A stretch of DNA of 64,000 bases, taken from assembly GCA_964527995.1 (NCBI GenBank), contig CAZGRP010000005.1, forward strand, positions 65,642-129,641. Reading direction: 5' to 3'. Below the pieces are notes generated by a model, which worked only from the letters and a program-made list of their open reading frames with translations, was not told the origin of the DNA and ran no database searches. A program made the translations under genes and the position numbers. The DNA comes from an uncultured Cytophagia bacterium. Its GTDB lineage: Bacteria; Zhuqueibacterota; Zhuqueibacteria; Oceanimicrobiales; CAZGRP01. Below, one piece after another: positions 10,741 to 22,274 of the stretch (positions are counted from its first letter, which is position 1; every line of letters begins with the position of its first letter).

Positions 10741-11517
10741 GTGAAGACAGGTCTTTCTAATCGTTCTTGGGTCGTTTTTCCAAATCCGACTACGGAGGCC
10801 CAACTTCGGCTGTTTTGTTTTCCATACGCCGGGGGCGGCAGCCAGGTTTTCCGAAGATGGGCGGACTATATGCCTCCAACTGTGGAGCTTTGCCCTGTAG
10901 AATTGCCAGGGCGCGGTTCGCGGATCATGGAACCCTACTTTACCCGGCTGCCGCCTCTGATCGAGGCGTTGGCCGAAGGCATCGTTCCGTACCTAGATCG
11001 GCCGTTTGCGTTTTTTGGCCACAGTATGGGAGCTCTGATTAGCTTCGAACTGGCGCGCAGACTGCGCAGGGACGCCAGAGAGGGTCCGGTACACCTTTTC
11101 GTTTCAGGTCGTGGCGCGCCACAATTGCGCTTAGACGACCCGCCTGTCCATGCGCTCTCTGAAAGCGAGTTGATGGAGAGACTGCGTGAACTGGATGGCA
11201 CCCCTGAAGAAGTCTTGAGTAATACCGAATTGATGCGGCTTGTTCTGCCTGTCTTGCGAGCCGATTTCGCGGTTTGCGAGACATACGTCTACCACGCGGA
11301 ACCCCCGCTTGATTGCTCGATAACCGCCTTTGGAGGTCTGAAGGACGGCAGTGTGCCGCGAGAGGCTCTTGAAGCTTGGCGAGAGCAGACCCGCTCCTTT
11401 TTCACACTTTACATGTTTCCGGGGAACCATTTCTTCCTCAATGAGGATTTGCCAATGTTCTTGCACACACTCTGCGGGGCGCTCAATGAGCTGGTAAACG
11501 CGGACAGGTACCGATGA
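10741..11517 (+). CDS. Type II thioesterase (NRPS editing TEII, alpha/beta hydrolase)
   Basis: Motifs: FCFPYAGGG...GHSMGALISFELARRL (GxSxG) ... a conserved His near the C-terminus. The ORF track opens at 10528 and overlaps mbtH. An in-frame GTG at 10741 gives a typical ~258-aa TEII, but the exact start is uncertain. Confidence 0.75.
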   Translation: MKTGLSNRSWVVFPNPTTEAQLRLFCFPYAGGGSQVFRRWADYMPPTVELCPVELPGRGSRIMEPYFTRLPPLIEALAEGIVPYLDRPFAFFGHSMGALISFELARRLRRDAREGPVHLFVSGRGAPQLRLDDPPVHALSESELMERLRELDGTPEEVLSNTELMRLVLPVLRADFAVCETYVYHAEPPLDCSITAFGGLKDGSVPREALEAWREQTRSFFTLYMFPGNHFFLNEDLPMFLHTLCGALNELVNADRYR

Positions 11518-12269
11518 GAAGTGTTGCGACAGCCTGGGAGACACCACCGCATGTTCTCGACCTAAAGGACGGTGAGGTTCACGTCTGGCGAGCAAATCTG
11601 GAAGTAGATAACCGGCGCCTGCAAAGCATGCGTGACTGCCTTTCCGATGACGAGAAGGCAAGGGCCGACCGCTTTCGCTTTGCAGAAGACCGGGAAAGCT
11701 ATACCGTCTGCCGGGCGATTTTGAGGCTGATCCTGAGTCGATACCTCGGTTGTCCGGCGTCGGTGCTACGCTTTCGATATAACCGATATGGGAAGCCAGC
11801 TCTGGTGAATCAGAGTGGCGACAGTACACTCCGGTTCAACCTCTCGCACTCCAAAGCGCTGGCGCTGTATGCTGTTGCTCGAGGCCGAGAGCTAGGCATC
11901 GATCTCGAATACTTGGACAGGGGCTTTGCAGGGGAGGAGATCGCCAGGCGTTTCTTCTCGCCTCGTGAGGTCGCCGAACTCGAAGCTCTACCTGGTCGCT
12001 TTAAAACGGCAGCATTTTTCAATTGTTGGACACGCAAGGAGGCCTATGTCAAAGCACGCGGAGAGGGGCTTTCGATTCCTTTGGACCAGTTCGAGGTTTC
12101 GTTGGCACCAAAGCGGCCCGCTGCTCTTTTGAGGACGGCCGGTGGTCCGGATGAGCTGCGGCGCTGGCACATGTTGGAGCTGGACCCCGGGGAGGGGTAT
12201 GTGGCTGCTCTGGCTGTAGAGGGGCCAGTGGACGAAATCCGATTCTGGCAATGGGTCGACTTATCGTAG
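11514..12269 (+). CDS. 4'-phosphopantetheinyl transferase, Sfp-type
   Basis: Motifs: RYGKP, FNLSHS, GIDLE, WTRKEAYVKARG. The start overlaps the TEII stop (ATGA). Confidence 0.8.
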   Translation: MRSVATAWETPPHVLDLKDGEVHVWRANLEVDNRRLQSMRDCLSDDEKARADRFRFAEDRESYTVCRAILRLILSRYLGCPASVLRFRYNRYGKPALVNQSGDSTLRFNLSHSKALALYAVARGRELGIDLEYLDRGFAGEEIARRFFSPREVAELEALPGRFKTAAFFNCWTRKEAYVKARGEGLSIPLDQFEVSLAPKRPAALLRTAGGPDELRRWHMLELDPGEGYVAALAVEGPVDEIRFWQWVDLS

Positions 12270-12272
12270 TTT

Positions 12273-13373
12273 ATGAGTGATATGGATACGCTTCTAGGGA
12301 TCACAGCGAAAGACTGGTGGAAGTTACTGCGGGAGAATCGTTTTGAGATCGATTCCACCTACTGGAGTCGGGCCGCAATTCTGACCGTGAGGAGCGTGGT
12401 GAACTCGTTCTATAAAAGGAGAGAGGACAGGCTCTACGGTGCCGCGCTGTCCGAGGTCCAAATCACAGAGCCTCCCATCTTCATCCTGGGACACTGGCGT
12501 AGTGGCACGACTCTTTTGCACACGTTGCTGAGTCTCGATCCGAGGTTCGCCTATCCTAATCTTCTGGAAGTATCGAACCCGCACACTTTCCTGTGTATCG
12601 AGGACAAGGTTGCGAATCGGCTTGCCAACTCTTCTGCCGAAAAGAGGCCAATGGATAATGTACGTGTTCGCTTCGACAGCCCGGCGGAGGACGAGTTTGG
12701 CATCAGCATCATGAGCCTGAAGTCACCCATTCTGGGGTGGTCGTTCCCGAAAAGAGAGGCATACTACGACCGGTTCCTGACCTTCGAAGGCGTCGACGAA
12801 AGAACTGTGGAAGAATGGAAGTCGGCCTTCCTGCTTTTTCTGCGGAAGCTAACCTGGCGCTATGAGCGTCAATTGTTACTCAAGTCTCCAGCGCACACAG
12901 GACGGATTCGCCTTCTTCTCGACCTGTTTCCTGAAGCGCAGATCATTCACGTTCATCGCAATCCCTGCGCCGTATTCCAGTCGGCTCAAAGGCTGTACGA
13001 AACCGCCGTGCCTCGCTCCTATCTGCAAAAGCCCGATCGCGAGCGTTTGGATGACGGCATCCTGCGGCGCTATCAAATGATGTATGACGCCTTCTTCGAA
13101 GAGCGTGCCTTGATTCCCGCAGAGAATTTCCTGGACCTTGCCTTCGAGGAGCTGGAAGTGGACCCGGTCAGGGCCTTGGAAAGGATCTATGAGCACCTTG
13201 GACTTGGCGATTTTGATCGTCTTCGGCCGCGGCTCGAGGAGTATCTGGCCGCGAACGGGGATTACAAAAAGAACCAGTACCCTCCCCTTGACAGTCGACT
13301 GAGAGATAAGGTGGCCGAGTGTTGGCGCAGGTCGTTCGTCGAATGGGACTATCCGATTGAGCGGCTGCCTTGA
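12273..13373 (+). CDS. PAPS-dependent sulfotransferase (Sulfotransfer_3-like)
   Basis: 5'-PSB loop ILGHWRSGTTLLHTLL at about residue 70. A downstream 3'-PB-like region reads LLKSPAHTGRIRLL...HRNPCAVFQS. It is the last gene of the NRPS operon. Confidence 0.65.
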   Translation: MSDMDTLLGITAKDWWKLLRENRFEIDSTYWSRAAILTVRSVVNSFYKRREDRLYGAALSEVQITEPPIFILGHWRSGTTLLHTLLSLDPRFAYPNLLEVSNPHTFLCIEDKVANRLANSSAEKRPMDNVRVRFDSPAEDEFGISIMSLKSPILGWSFPKREAYYDRFLTFEGVDERTVEEWKSAFLLFLRKLTWRYERQLLLKSPAHTGRIRLLLDLFPEAQIIHVHRNPCAVFQSAQRLYETAVPRSYLQKPDRERLDDGILRRYQMMYDAFFEERALIPAENFLDLAFEELEVDPVRALERIYEHLGLGDFDRLRPRLEEYLAANGDYKKNQYPPLDSRLRDKVAECWRRSFVEWDYPIERLP

Positions 13374-13566
13374 GGCCTTTTATCTGGTTTTCAGACCACA
13401 CCATGGGAAGCGAAAAGCTCGCACAGCGGGCTAACACGTAGGAGGGCCATGGCAACGAATCCGGGAGCCCCAGCGTTCGCGGGGTCACCGACGATGTCTC
13501 GTAGTCGCATTTTGGACTTCACCGTGTCGGACATCGCGTATTTCGACAGGCAGTGGGGACTAAGCC

Positions 13567-16146
13567 ATGAAAGGAGAGGAAATCATGAAAGGACGATGGG
13601 TTTTTCTGGTGACGACCGCGTTGTTTGCGGCCAGGCTCTTTGCACAGACCGGGCCACAGCAGGCTTGGGTGAGTACCTACGCTTCAGGGATCCCGGACGG
13701 TTTGGCTCTGGGTAGCGCCCTGGCAGTCGATCCCGCTGGCAATGTCTACGTGATCGGACTCAGCCTTGACGCCAGCAAGAGTTCAGATTTTGTGACCATC
13801 AAGTACGGACCAGACGGTTCCCAACAATGGGTGGCGCTCTATGACGGCACTGGCCACGACGAAGACGATGCCAACGCCGTGGTGGTGGACGCGCAGGGCA
13901 ACGTCTATGTCACTGGGGAGAGTGCGGCCTCCAACGGTTTCAGTGACTACGCCACCGTGAAGTACAACAGCGACGGAGTGCAGCAGTGGGTCGCCCGCTA
14001 CAACGGACCAGGGAACACTGAAGACAATGCCAACGCGATCGCCGTCGACGCCATGGGCAACGTCTATGTGACCGGAGCCAGTATGCCGTCGGGGTTCGCC
14101 GTCGCTCCCGACATCGCCACGGTGAAATACAGTCCAAGTGGTGAGCAGCTTTGGGTGGCTCGCTACAACGGCTCGGGCGATTACTTTGATGAAGGCAATG
14201 CCATCGCCGTCGACGCAGACGGGAACGTGTACGTCACCGGCGTGAGTGCAGGCGACGGCACAGGTTCCGACTATGTGACCATCAAGTACAACTCTCAGGG
14301 AGAACAGCTCTGGGTGGCCCGCTACGACGGCCCGAAGGGTTCGGAAGACTTCTCCGTGGCTCTGGCAGTGGATGGCGCGGGGAACGTATACGTCACCGGT
14401 GTCAGCCTCGGGTCGGGGACCGCTTCCGATTTCGCAACCATCAAGTATGACAAGGATGGTGTGCAGCAATGGGTGCAGCGATACAACGGCACCGACAACA
14501 GCGAGGACGAAGGCAGGGACATCGCTGTGGACTCGTCGGGCAATGTGTTTGTCACCGGAACGAGCAACGGTGCGCTGTTCAGCCCCAACCGTGACTACGT
14601 GACCATCAAGTACAGCAACGACGGTGAGCAGCTCTGGGTGGCAAGATACAATGGGCCCGCCGACGACTGGGACGATGTGCGCGCGATCGCTGTGGACGCG
14701 GCCGGGAATGCGTATGTCACGGGGCAGAGCGTAGGAATCGATACGAAGCCCGACTACGCGACGGTCAAGTACAGGCCGGATGGCACGGAAGAATGGGTGG
14801 TGCGTTTCAACAGTCCCACAAACAAGTCTGACGGTGCGGCGGACCTGGCCGTTGATGCATCCGGAAATGTCTACGTAACGGGCACTACCGAGATCGCCTT
14901 CACCGGCAGTCAGATCACCACCATCAAGTATACACAGCCGTCCTCGAACGTCGTCGTCGCACCTCCAGCGCCTGCGCTGGACGCGCCACCGGATGCCGCG
15001 GCAGATCAGGATACTGTGGTCATCCTGCGTTGGCGCTCGGTCGAGGGAGCTTTATCGTATGAGCTGCAGGTGTCAACCGATTCTCTCTTTGCGACGGTGC
15101 TTTATGATGCAGCAGCCATCGCCGACACCTCTCGTGCAGTGGATTCACTCGCTGACGGGACGACGTACTTCTGGCGTGTCCGGGCCAAGAATGAGGCTGG
15201 TTTTGGGGAGTTCTCCAGTGTCTGGAGGTTCACGACCGCCTCGTCGTCATCCGTTGTGCCGGCACTGGCAACTCCGAGCCTGGTAACTCCTCCAGACGGT
15301 GCGGGCGACCAGTCAACCACCGTGACCGTCCGTTGGAGTGCTGTCGATGGGGCGACATCCTACGAGTTGCAGGTTTCCACGGAAGCAGCATTTGCCACTC
15401 TGGTGTTCGGCGACGCCGCAATTGCGGATACTTCGCAGGAGGTGAGTGGGCTCGCCGCAGCCACCATCTACTACTGGCGCGTGAGAGCGAAGAACGGCAG
15501 TGAGTCGGGTGACTGGTCGTCGGTGTGGTCATTCACGACGGCGGCGCCAATGCCGGATGCTGTGGAGTTGGTTGCTCCCGAAGAAGCCGCGGTCGTGGCG
15601 GGCGACAGTGTGCGTCTTGTGTGGACGACGACTGATCCGACGACGAGCCAATACCGGGTGGAAGTCGCGACGGATCCCGCCTTTTCCTCTGTCATGATGG
15701 ACTCAAGTCTCACGGACACGACCCTGGTGATAACATCGCTACAAAACGAGACGTACTGGTGGAGGGTGCGCGGCAAGAACCCGGCAGGCTGGGGTCCGTT
15801 TAGCCAGCCTCGGAGCTTCTCTTACACGATCATCACCGGGGTTCATGGTCGTAATGGGACGCCGACGCAATATTCTCTGAGCCAGAACTACCCGAACCCG
15901 TTCAACCCTTCCACTACAATCCAGTATACGCTTGGTAGCAGAAGTCGCGTACGACTAGAGGTATTCAATACCTTGGGTCAGAGGATCGCCACATTGGTCC
16001 AGGCTGTCCAGCCCGCTAGTGAATACCGGATAGAGTGGCGGGCGGACGCCCCCTCCGGCATCTACTACTACCGACTGGAGGCAGTGTCGCTCGAGAATCC
16101 CAGCGAGCGCTTCGTAGAGATGAAAAAAATGGTCGTGATGAAATGA
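13567..16146 (+). CDS. Secreted multi-domain protein: signal peptide, about 11 SBBP-type beta-propeller repeats, 4 Fn3-like modules and a T9SS (Por) C-terminal sorting domain
   Basis: N-terminal signal MKGRWVFLVTTALFAARLFAQ (the likely real start is the second ATG, ~13588, with RBS aaggagagg). A ~50-aa unit recurs: GNVYVTG..S...SDYATVKY...G.QQWVARYNG. Fn3-like units: LRWRSVEGALSYELQVSTDS...TYFWRVRAKN. C-terminal SQNYPNPFNPSTTIQY...VRLEVFNTLGQRIATLV...GIYYYRLEA matches the T9SS sorting-domain pattern. Confidence 0.7.
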   Translation: MKGEEIMKGRWVFLVTTALFAARLFAQTGPQQAWVSTYASGIPDGLALGSALAVDPAGNVYVIGLSLDASKSSDFVTIKYGPDGSQQWVALYDGTGHDEDDANAVVVDAQGNVYVTGESAASNGFSDYATVKYNSDGVQQWVARYNGPGNTEDNANAIAVDAMGNVYVTGASMPSGFAVAPDIATVKYSPSGEQLWVARYNGSGDYFDEGNAIAVDADGNVYVTGVSAGDGTGSDYVTIKYNSQGEQLWVARYDGPKGSEDFSVALAVDGAGNVYVTGVSLGSGTASDFATIKYDKDGVQQWVQRYNGTDNSEDEGRDIAVDSSGNVFVTGTSNGALFSPNRDYVTIKYSNDGEQLWVARYNGPADDWDDVRAIAVDAAGNAYVTGQSVGIDTKPDYATVKYRPDGTEEWVVRFNSPTNKSDGAADLAVDASGNVYVTGTTEIAFTGSQITTIKYTQPSSNVVVAPPAPALDAPPDAAADQDTVVILRWRSVEGALSYELQVSTDSLFATVLYDAAAIADTSRAVDSLADGTTYFWRVRAKNEAGFGEFSSVWRFTTASSSSVVPALATPSLVTPPDGAGDQSTTVTVRWSAVDGATSYELQVSTEAAFATLVFGDAAIADTSQEVSGLAAATIYYWRVRAKNGSESGDWSSVWSFTTAAPMPDAVELVAPEEAAVVAGDSVRLVWTTTDPTTSQYRVEVATDPAFSSVMMDSSLTDTTLVITSLQNETYWWRVRGKNPAGWGPFSQPRSFSYTIITGVHGRNGTPTQYSLSQNYPNPFNPSTTIQYTLGSRSRVRLEVFNTLGQRIATLVQAVQPASEYRIEWRADAPSGIYYYRLEAVSLENPSERFVEMKKMVVMK

Positions 16147-16844
16147 TGTGAAGATTTGTGTAAGATCCTGCGCTGATTGCAAGAAAATGCTTGACAAAGT
16201 GGGAAGGAGTGGTTTAATTGAGTGAGTAGGCAGGGAAGCCATGATGCGTTTCGAGTAGGCGTAACGTTGCTCGAGACGGCGCCGAACGGTCATGGCAGCC
16301 TAATCACCACTCTCTAACCGGGATCGACGCTCCTGCCGCAGGAGTCGATGCCCTGTTCCCACCCATACCACCCCCTCTGTCTCACCGTACAGGGATGTGC
16401 CGATGGCGTACACGGGGGCCTGGGGAGCCGTGGCTGTTCATTGCAGTTCGATGACCTTCACGGTTTGTATCGTCATCAAACAGGGGACCGGATTATCAAC
16501 ATTCATCCAACTTCCTCTACCCATGTGGCCAGACTGCATGGTGGCTCGAGACCCTGCTCGAAACGGGCGCGTTCAAGCCCGGCAAGGCCGAAGGTAAAAG
16601 TGCCTCGGGGACGCTGGCCTCCTGTCCCGAATGTTTCTCAAGCGTTTTGAGAGCGTGGCGGAGGACGTACATCTTGTGACCCTGACGCTTGTATGTCTCG
16701 ATATCTGGCTGCCAACGGAAGGAACGCTTGCTGAGACTGAAAGCGACCTCCACCCAGTTGAAAGCCGGCTGTGTCACACAGTCTGGAACGGAAAGGGAGT
16801 ATTCGTAGCCCAAATATGCAACTCGCCTGTCACCCAACCCTAAC

Positions 16845-17531
16845 GTGGAGGACAGAACCATGCGATTTCCAAAGTTCAGTCGTAAGGCTGCAGGTGTAGG
16901 CATTGTGCCGGCCACGCTCGCTGCGGCCGCACTGATCATGTTGGGATGCACACAAGAGCCCCAGGGAATCGTGGGGCCGACATCAGACGCCGGTCTGGCG
17001 ATGGATGTGGCCAAAGCCTCCAGCTCAGCAGGTACGGTGGGCTTTCGAGCTACCTTCCTGGAGAGAATTCGCCGGCCGCAGTCGGATAAGTTCACGATCA
17101 CCAACAATTCCGAGGACGGCATCAAGATCAGTGAGGTCGTTGTCGACCTGCGTGGCTCCAGGGGCCATCTGTTCTTCGATACTCTACCGACCGGTCCAGG
17201 AGAGGGGGTTTTCTTTCTCCTGAAAACGAACGACGGCTGGCGCACAGGTCTAACGAGCGTGAGCGGCCTGAGAGACGGAGGCACGTCCGTCCGTTTCACC
17301 TTCGACAACTTCAACGCGGGGGACACCTTTGAGTTCTTTATCGATGTAGATTCACCGGCCCGGGGGCTTGCGGGTGATCTCGTACTCGGCTCACTCTTCG
17401 CGGGATCGAGGGTCACCGTCAGGTTTCGGCCGTCCTCCGGCGGTGTTACCCTCTCCGCATCCAAGGAAGTCCTTTCGGCGACCTACCGTGCTTCTGGCTT
17501 GTACTCAGCCAGTTGCTCCAGGAGCGAATAG
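16845..17531 (+). CDS. Hypothetical lipoprotein
   Basis: Signal peptide with lipobox (AAALIMLGC). The composition looks like a genuine coding strand. The overlapping 315-aa minus-strand ORF is S/P/R-rich and low-complexity, so it is taken as an antisense artefact. Confidence 0.5.
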   Translation: MEDRTMRFPKFSRKAAGVGIVPATLAAAALIMLGCTQEPQGIVGPTSDAGLAMDVAKASSSAGTVGFRATFLERIRRPQSDKFTITNNSEDGIKISEVVVDLRGSRGHLFFDTLPTGPGEGVFFLLKTNDGWRTGLTSVSGLRDGGTSVRFTFDNFNAGDTFEFFIDVDSPARGLAGDLVLGSLFAGSRVTVRFRPSSGGVTLSASKEVLSATYRASGLYSASCSRSE

Positions 17532-17600
17532 ATCTCCTGAGGCCCTGGCGGCTTCACTGGCGATCCTCTTCGTAACCTTCAAAGAAAGGAGGTATCCCAA

Positions 17601-18656
17601 ATGAGAGGCTTCTTGTCCCGCAGGTCGTGGTTCTTGCCGGTACTTTTACTGGCGCTGGTACTCTCGCTGGCAGTGTGGGTTGGATGCGGTGACCGGTATG
17701 GCGCACCGACACAACCCGGGCAAAGCGAGCAGATGGCGGCTTTGGCCAAAGGCAACCCGCAGTTGCGGGCGGTCATGGCGGTTCAAAATCGGCATACCAA
17801 GGCTCTTTTGGCCACGCCGGGCGTAGTCGGCACGGCAACTACGAAACTGCCCGATGGCAGATACGCCGTCAAGATCCTGACAAAGTCGGATCGTGCCGCA
17901 CGCCGCTTGCCGAAAACGCTGGACGGTGTGCCGGTCGTGGTTGAAAAGGTTGGTGTCATTCGCGCACTTTCCTTTACAGGCACATACAGGCCAGTGCCAA
18001 CGGGAGTCTCGGCCGGCAACATCGCCCAGTGTGCTTCCGGCACGATTGGTGCGGTGGTGACCAAAGGCGGCAAGTACTATTTCCTGAGCAACAACCATGT
18101 TTTCGCGCGCATCAACCAGGCGCGCATCGGCGAGGACATCGTACAGCCTGGCCGTTTCGATGAGGACCCGCAGTGCAACATTGACCCGAGCAAAGTAGTA
18201 GCCGACTTGGCAGAATTCAAGCGGCTTAACTTTGGTCGCCGGTCACTGAGGTCACCCAACGTTATCGACGCGGCGATCGCCAGGATTCGCCCCGGTGTCA
18301 GCTTTGACTGCGGGACGCTTACAGGCTACACGCCGAGCAGCACCACTGTTCCGGCCGTGTTGGGCATGTCCGTGAAGAAGACCGGGCGGACGACCGGTCT
18401 GACGACGGGCACGGTCACGGGCATCAACGTCACAGTCGTGGTGAACTACGGCACGAGATATGGACTGTTCGTAGGCCAGATTGAGTTCACCAATATTTCG
18501 GGCGCCGGTGATTCCGGGTCGTTGATCGTCACCAATGATAGCAACAACAACCCCGTGGCGCTTCTGTTTGCCGGGTCTGAGACCAGCACGATCGGCAATC
18601 CGATCGATGCTGTGCTCGCCAATTTCGGGGTGACGATCTGCACAGACCATCAGTGA
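17601..18656 (+). CDS. Chymotrypsin-fold (S1 family) serine peptidase lipoprotein with an N-terminal pro-domain
   Basis: Lipobox LAVWVGCG. Catalytic residues in the order His (SNNHVF), Asp (NVIDAAIA), Ser (GDSGS). About 100 aa of N-terminal pro-region lie ahead of the catalytic domain. Confidence 0.65.
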   Translation: MRGFLSRRSWFLPVLLLALVLSLAVWVGCGDRYGAPTQPGQSEQMAALAKGNPQLRAVMAVQNRHTKALLATPGVVGTATTKLPDGRYAVKILTKSDRAARRLPKTLDGVPVVVEKVGVIRALSFTGTYRPVPTGVSAGNIAQCASGTIGAVVTKGGKYYFLSNNHVFARINQARIGEDIVQPGRFDEDPQCNIDPSKVVADLAEFKRLNFGRRSLRSPNVIDAAIARIRPGVSFDCGTLTGYTPSSTTVPAVLGMSVKKTGRTTGLTTGTVTGINVTVVVNYGTRYGLFVGQIEFTNISGAGDSGSLIVTNDSNNNPVALLFAGSETSTIGNPIDAVLANFGVTICTDHQ

Positions 18657-18702
18657 TCGCCGCGCTTCGAAAAATGCAGGAATGAGGTTGTAGGAACGAC
18701 AT

Positions 18703-18747
18703 GGGGAAAGGGGCCGGTGCACCGCCGGTTGCTTTCCCCATTTGTAT
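18703..18747 (+). terminator. Candidate intrinsic terminator downstream of the protease gene
   Basis: An 8-bp stem (GGGGAAAG ... CTTTCCCC) around a GC-rich loop, followed by a T-rich tract (ATTTGTATGTCTTATCTT). Confidence 0.35.
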
Positions 18748-18785
18748 GTCTTATCTTGCCTCAAAAAGAAGGCAGGTGAAGTGGC

Positions 18786-19118
18786 ATGTGGACGCGGAAT
18801 TTCGTAAATTATTCTCTCTGCCTGGTGATGGTGAGTGCTGTGATTCTTTACACCGGGTGCGAGCGCAAACCAGGAAAGAGCTCCCAGCAGACTTCCATGG
18901 AAGCAATCAAGAAAGTCCAGGAAAAACACCAGCAGCAGCTGATGTCGATTCCCGGGGTCGTGGGCGTCGGCATCGGGGCTGTGGACGATGACCTTGTCAT
19001 CAAAGTGCTGGTCGAGAGAAAATCGCCGCAGTTGGAGAAGAAAATTCCTAAGAACCTGGAGGGCTTCCCGGTCGTTATCGAGGAGACCGGGCGGTTCCGG
19101 GCCCTTCCCGAAAAGTAG
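18786..19118 (+). CDS. Small lipoprotein homologous to the pro-domain of the adjacent S1 protease (candidate cognate inhibitor or chaperone)
   Basis: Lipobox ILYTGC. It aligns with the protease N-terminus: IPGVVGVGIGAVDDDLVIKVLVERKSPQLEKKIPKNLEGFPVVIEETGRFRAL against TPGVVGTATTKLPDGRYAVKILTKSDRAARRLPKTLDGVPVVVEKVGVIRAL. Confidence 0.55.
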   Translation: MWTRNFVNYSLCLVMVSAVILYTGCERKPGKSSQQTSMEAIKKVQEKHQQQLMSIPGVVGVGIGAVDDDLVIKVLVERKSPQLEKKIPKNLEGFPVVIEETGRFRALPEK

Positions 19119-19179
19119 CGGCGCTGGTGCTCTGGTGACAAACGCGTGTGAAAGGCAGCTCCAGCTCTGATCGACAGCG

Positions 19180-21817
<2,638 letters not shown>

Positions 21818-22274
21818 GGCCGTCTTCTCGGGTTTCGATCTCGCATACGAAGCTTGTGCCGATGGTCGGTCAAGCCCGAACGCCCTGAGGGGTACCCGGA
21901 AATGCATGCGAATGAAGCCGCTGCGCTGTGGCGTGGCGGCTTTCTTTTTGTGCGCGTGAGGTGGCTCCAACAGGGGCCGGATGCCCATGGAAGCCATTTC
22001 CTTTGAGACCCGGATATCCGCAGCGAAAGTGGCCATGAAAATAAGGAAATAGACCTTGACTTTTGCCACGAAGTTTTTAAATTCCATGGTCGGTTTGACC
22101 CAGTCCTGCCATGCCACAGCGCTTCGGCGTAGGGGACGGCCGGTGTGGCTCGAGGCCCTGAAGGGCCGACCTGATCATCGTCGTTGTCTCGTGTAGGCTT
22201 TGCCCCGAAGCCGTGTAAAGCCTCGAGAACTTGTGAACAGCCCTTGACATCCAAAGAATAGGACAGCCAGCCTT

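Noticed and set aside
16517-17464. 315-aa minus-strand ORF overlapping the lipoprotein gene
   Set aside because: S/P/R-rich with no domain features. The + strand ORF has a clean lipoprotein signal and balanced composition. Only its 3' tail (16600-16720) was kept as a weak transposase-remnant hint.
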